Both the position numbers and the translations under genes were made by a program. Below, in pieces: positions 51,560 through 54,709 of a stretch of 54,709 nucleotides of DNA (position 1 is its first letter; every line of letters begins with the position of its first letter). The notes beneath the pieces were generated by a model that did no database searches, was not told the DNA's origin, and was given only the letters and a program-made list of their open reading frames with translations. Origin of the DNA: a bacterium (lineage in GTDB: Bacteria > J088 > JAWLBW01); assembly GCA_041690355.1 (NCBI GenBank), contig JAWLHK010000028.1, positions 1 to 54,709 on the forward strand, written 5' to 3'.

Positions 51560-52720
51560 TCACGCCACCGCAGACCTTTCTCCGCGAGGGCGCCCATCAG
51601 GAACCCACAGGAGCGCCAAGCCCCCCGCCGCCGCGGCCCCCGCTGCAAGAACATAGGGAACCGCGGGGCCCACGTCGAAGAGAAAGCCTGCGATGGCCGG
51701 CCCAACCGCCCGGGCAAGGGCCTGCACCGACTGGCCGGCCCCGAGAACGCTACCTTGCTCCTCTGCCGCGGCCGACGCCGAGAGCAGACTCGCGAGAGAC
51801 GGCGTCACGAGCCCCTGGCCGGCCGCGAGCAATCCAAGAATCCCCACGGCGATCGCCAGCGCCGGCATCCAGGGGAGCACGGCCAGCATGAGGGCCGCCG
51901 TCGCCGCGCCGATCATGGCCGTTCCCCGGTCGCCCAGCCGCGTACTCAAGCGCCCCACGAGCGCCCCCTGCGCGACCGCCATGACGATACCGACGAACGT
52001 GAAGACGAGCCCCATCTGACCGGCGGTCAATCCATAGCGGCGCGCGCCGAGCAACGCAAACGTCGCCTCCATGGAGACGAACCCGAACATGAGCAGGAAA
52101 CGCGCCGTCAGCAGCGGGGGGACGCCGGGAACCGCCAGCGGAATCCGCAAGCGCCGGGGCGCCCCCGGCTCGGCCCCGGGCGCGCGCGATTCCTCGAGCC
52201 GGAAAATGGCGACGAGTCCGTTCACGGCCGCAATACCCCCCGCGACGAAGGCCGCCGCCGAGAATCCCCACGGGCTGAGGGCCGCGCCGAGCGCGGGCCC
52301 GAGCACGAAGCCCATGCCGATGGACGCGCCGAGCAGTCCGAGGGCGCGCGTGCGCTCTTCGGCAGGCGTGCGATCGGTGATCCAGGCCTGCGCCGTCGCG
52401 ATGCTCCCCCCGAAGAAGCCGGCGAGGGCGCGCGCCGCGAGCAGGGTTCCCATCGAATCTGCCAGTCCGGTGGCCGTCAGCGAAGCGGCGGAACCGAAGA
52501 GGCAGACCAGAAGCACCGGTCGACGGCCGAAGCGATCCGAAAGCCGTCCGAGGAGCGGCGCGGCAACGAACTGCGCAATGGAATAGGCCGCCAGCAGCAT
52601 GCCGACGGCGAACCCGCCTGCGCCGAACGACAGCGCGTAGAACGGGAGCGCCGGCAGAATGATGCCGAAGCCGAGCAGATCGACGAAAACCGTGGCGTAG
52701 ATGACGGCGCGGGAACGCAC
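51560..52720 (-). CDS. MFS drug:H+ antiporter, TetA/DHA1-like
   Basis: DLLGFGIILP, GRLSDRFGRRPVL, GFVLGPALG; start approximate. Confidence 0.9.
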   Translation of the reverse strand: MRSRAVIYATVFVDLLGFGIILPALPFYALSFGAGGFAVGMLLAAYSIAQFVAAPLLGRLSDRFGRRPVLLVCLFGSAASLTATGLADSMGTLLAARALAGFFGGSIATAQAWITDRTPAEERTRALGLLGASIGMGFVLGPALGAALSPWGFSAAAFVAGGIAAVNGLVAIFRLEESRAPGAEPGAPRRLRIPLAVPGVPPLLTARFLLMFGFVSMEATFALLGARRYGLTAGQMGLVFTFVGIVMAVAQGALVGRLSTRLGDRGTAMIGAATAALMLAVLPWMPALAIAVGILGLLAAGQGLVTPSLASLLSASAAAEEQGSVLGAGQSVQALARAVGPAIAGFLFDVGPAVPYVLAAGAAAAGGLALLWVPDGRPRGERSAVA

Positions 52721-52823
52721 GGGGAGTTCCAAGACAAAGAGAAGGAATCAGTCTGGACCGAGAGGCGCTCTGGCGCAAGCGGTTGCGGCGGGATTCGATG
52801 CACTTGCGACGAATTCACACAAA

Positions 52824-52942
52824 CCGTTCGTCCCGAGCTGACCGGGCGCAGCAGCGCGAGCCGGACAGCGAGGAGGGCACCGGGTGCGATGTCTCGCCGT
52901 CACTTCGGGCGCTGCCCGCCGCCGTCGGCTCGACACGAACGG
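52824..52942. repeat. REP/MITE-like long imperfect palindrome
   Basis: Ends CCGTTCGTCCCGAGCTGAC / GTCGGCTCGACACGAACGG are inverted; inner GACAGCGAG / CTCGCCGTC also pair. Confidence 0.7.
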
Positions 52943-52966
52943 AGACGAGGGGTTCCGTGATCCCGC

Positions 52967-53001
52967 AAAAAAACAGCCCCCGGGTCCACCTCCGGGGGCT
53001 G
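52967..53001 (-). terminator. intrinsic terminator after the YeeE gene
   Basis: CAGCCCCCGG-N8-CCGGGGGCTG stem; the A7 run reads as U7 on the minus strand. Confidence 0.85.
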
Positions 53002-53035
53002 CTGTGTTGCCATGTGAGAGAAAAGGGTGGGCCGC

Positions 53036-53503
53036 TCAGCTAGCGCGCGCCGGACGGGCCGTGGCCGAAGACCCCGACTTGGCGCGCCCGCTCAAGCGGG
53101 CCAGCACCTTGTCGCCGATCTTCCGGTAGAGCAGCGTGCCGAGCACGATGCCCGTGATCGTGAAGAGCGCCGTCAGCTTGCCCTCGCCGATCTGCGAGAG
53201 GGCCGTGCCCGGGCAGGTGCCCGTGATCGCCCAGCCGGCGCCGAAGAGAAGCCCGCCCCACAGATTGCCGGGGTTGCGCGGCTTGGCTTCGATGGCCAGC
53301 GGCTTGCCGTCAGAGGCCTTCACCTTGAGGCGGCGGAAGAGGAAGAGCCCCGTCGCCGCCGTCAGGATGGCGACCGAAATCACCCCCATCAGGTGCAGGT
53401 CCTGCAGGAGGAACATGTTTTCGATTTTGTCATACTCCGTCGCGCCCGCGCGGGACAGCACGAAACCGAAGAGAGTGCCGAAGATGAGAAATGCTATCTG
53501 CAT
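53036..53503 (-). CDS. YeeE/YedE-family sulfur-compound transporter half
   Basis: GTLFGFVL, GGLLFGAGWAITGTCPG. Confidence 0.88.
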   Translation of the reverse strand: MQIAFLIFGTLFGFVLSRAGATEYDKIENMFLLQDLHLMGVISVAILTAATGLFLFRRLKVKASDGKPLAIEAKPRNPGNLWGGLLFGAGWAITGTCPGTALSQIGEGKLTALFTITGIVLGTLLYRKIGDKVLARLSGRAKSGSSATARPARAS

Positions 53504-53509
53504 GGTCAG

Positions 53510-54709
53510 TTACCCGATGAGAACGCGAAAGATGATATTCGTGACCAGAAATCCGGACGCCATGAAGGCGCCGGTGGCCACCAGCGATGAGGGCGCCAGC
53601 ATCGAAACGCCGACGATACCGTGTCCCGACGTGCATCCGCCGGCAAGACGCGCGCCGAAGCCGACCAGCACGCCGCCCAGAGTGAAGACCACCGCCTTGA
53701 CCGCCACCGAAGCAGAGATCAGCTGATCGAACATCCCCATGGCGAACCCGTGGGCGGCGTCGCCGGCAAGGTAGACCGACAGCGCACCGCCGCCGATGAT
53801 GCCGACGATGAACGGCAGCCGCCACGACTTTCGAGCCGACGTGTCCTTGACCGCATTACACGCATCCATGTACCCGGTCGAGACCCCGAGCAGCTTGTTC
53901 GTGCCGAAGAGAAACAGGAGCACGAAGCCGCCGATGGCCACGCCGCCGGCCCAGAAGGGCCAGGTCGAGCCGAAGACCGCGTCGATCACCGAAGCCGGCA
54001 GCTGCTTGTAGAGCAGATAGAAGGCCATCGCGATGACGAACCCGGCAAAACCGCGCCGCAGGCTGTCCTGGTTGACGCGGGACGCGAAGAACGCGCCGCC
54101 GAAGCTGCCCACCACGGCCGAAGCGGTGACGATCATCGCCAGCTCGTAGTTCACCGGAACGTGACTGACGTAGCCGGCGAAGCCGGCGAAGGACTTCATG
54201 GCGATGACGACCAGCGAGGTCCCGATGGCCTCGCGCATCGACAGGCCGCCGAGCAGAGCCAGGGCGGGAACGACCAGAAAGCCGCCGCCCGCGCCGACCA
54301 TGCCGGTTACCAGACCGACGATGAGGCCTTCGACGACGATCTTTTCCACGGGCAGCTCGGCCTTCTTCTCGCCGGGAGCGGCCGTGCCGGCCGCGTCACC
54401 CTTGCGTCCGCGCCACATGGCGGCGGCCGTGGCGAACATGATCACGGCGAAGAGAATGAGCAGGATGCTCGCGGGGATGAACTTGGCGACATAGCCGCCT
54501 CCGAACGCGCCGGCCATGCCGGCGGCGCCGAAAATCAGGGCGGTCTTCCACCGCACGTTACCCGCGCGGGCGTGCTGGATGGCCGCCACGGCGCTCGTCA
54601 CGCCGACGACCAGCAGCGAGGTGGCGATGGCCGACTTCTCGCCCATCCCCAGGGCGTAAATGAGGATCGGAACCGTGAGAATCGATCCGCCCCCGCCCAG
54701 CAGGCCGAG
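53510..54709 (-). CDS. TauE/SafE (TSUP) exporter fused to a YeeE/YedE domain; 5'-truncated by the window edge
   Basis: GLLGGGGSILTVP, ATSL, GAGGGFLVVP; C-terminal GFGARLAGGCTSGHG. Confidence 0.85.
   Translation of the reverse strand, partial: LGLLGGGGSILTVPILIYALGMGEKSAIATSLLVVGVTSAVAAIQHARAGNVRWKTALIFGAAGMAGAFGGGYVAKFIPASILLILFAVIMFATAAAMWRGRKGDAAGTAAPGEKKAELPVEKIVVEGLIVGLVTGMVGAGGGFLVVPALALLGGLSMREAIGTSLVVIAMKSFAGFAGYVSHVPVNYELAMIVTASAVVGSFGGAFFASRVNQDSLRRGFAGFVIAMAFYLLYKQLPASVIDAVFGSTWPFWAGGVAIGGFVLLFLFGTNKLLGVSTGYMDACNAVKDTSARKSWRLPFIVGIIGGGALSVYLAGDAAHGFAMGMFDQLISASVAVKAVVFTLGGVLVGFGARLAGGCTSGHGIVGVSMLAPSSLVATGAFMASGFLVTNIIFRVLIG

Noticed and set aside
51560-52720. MFS as a true tetA resistance gene
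   Set aside because: No tetR or mobile context; only family-level motifs are seen.

Overview
GC-rich bacterial chromosome segment whose gene order looks deltaproteobacterial (Myxococcota/Desulfobacterota-like; inferred). Most of it is core housekeeping on the minus strand: a split ATP synthase operon (b'-b-delta-alpha-gamma-beta-epsilon, without a or c), a complete dcw cluster (mraZ to ftsZ) with an MraZ-box promoter, trpE-trpG-(orf)-trpD-trpC, ugd, and ffh-rpsP-rimM-trmD-rplS. The most interesting accessory pieces are: (1) a three-gene operon with its own promoter encoding an HprK-related kinase, a radical SAM (SPASM/Twitch-like) enzyme and a nucleotidyltransferase, i.e. RiPP-type modification enzymes with no precursor or RRE nearby; (2) an ino1 + CDP-alcohol phosphatidyltransferase + PgpA cluster predicting phosphatidylinositol synthesis; (3) a leaderless vapBC module bracketed by two different 14-bp-period tandem arrays and a G-quadruplex-type 8-mer array; (4) a low-GC orphan gene followed by a decayed attC-like site; (5) a dispersed REP/MITE-like palindrome; (6) a ribbon-helix-helix gene appended to ftsZ; (7) a membrane-anchored SMC/YhaN-like ATPase after rplS; (8) RsmG-SPOUT and TauE-YeeE fusions. 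All calls come from reading motifs by eye; no searches were run. Many start codons were moved from the ORF track to the likely true start.
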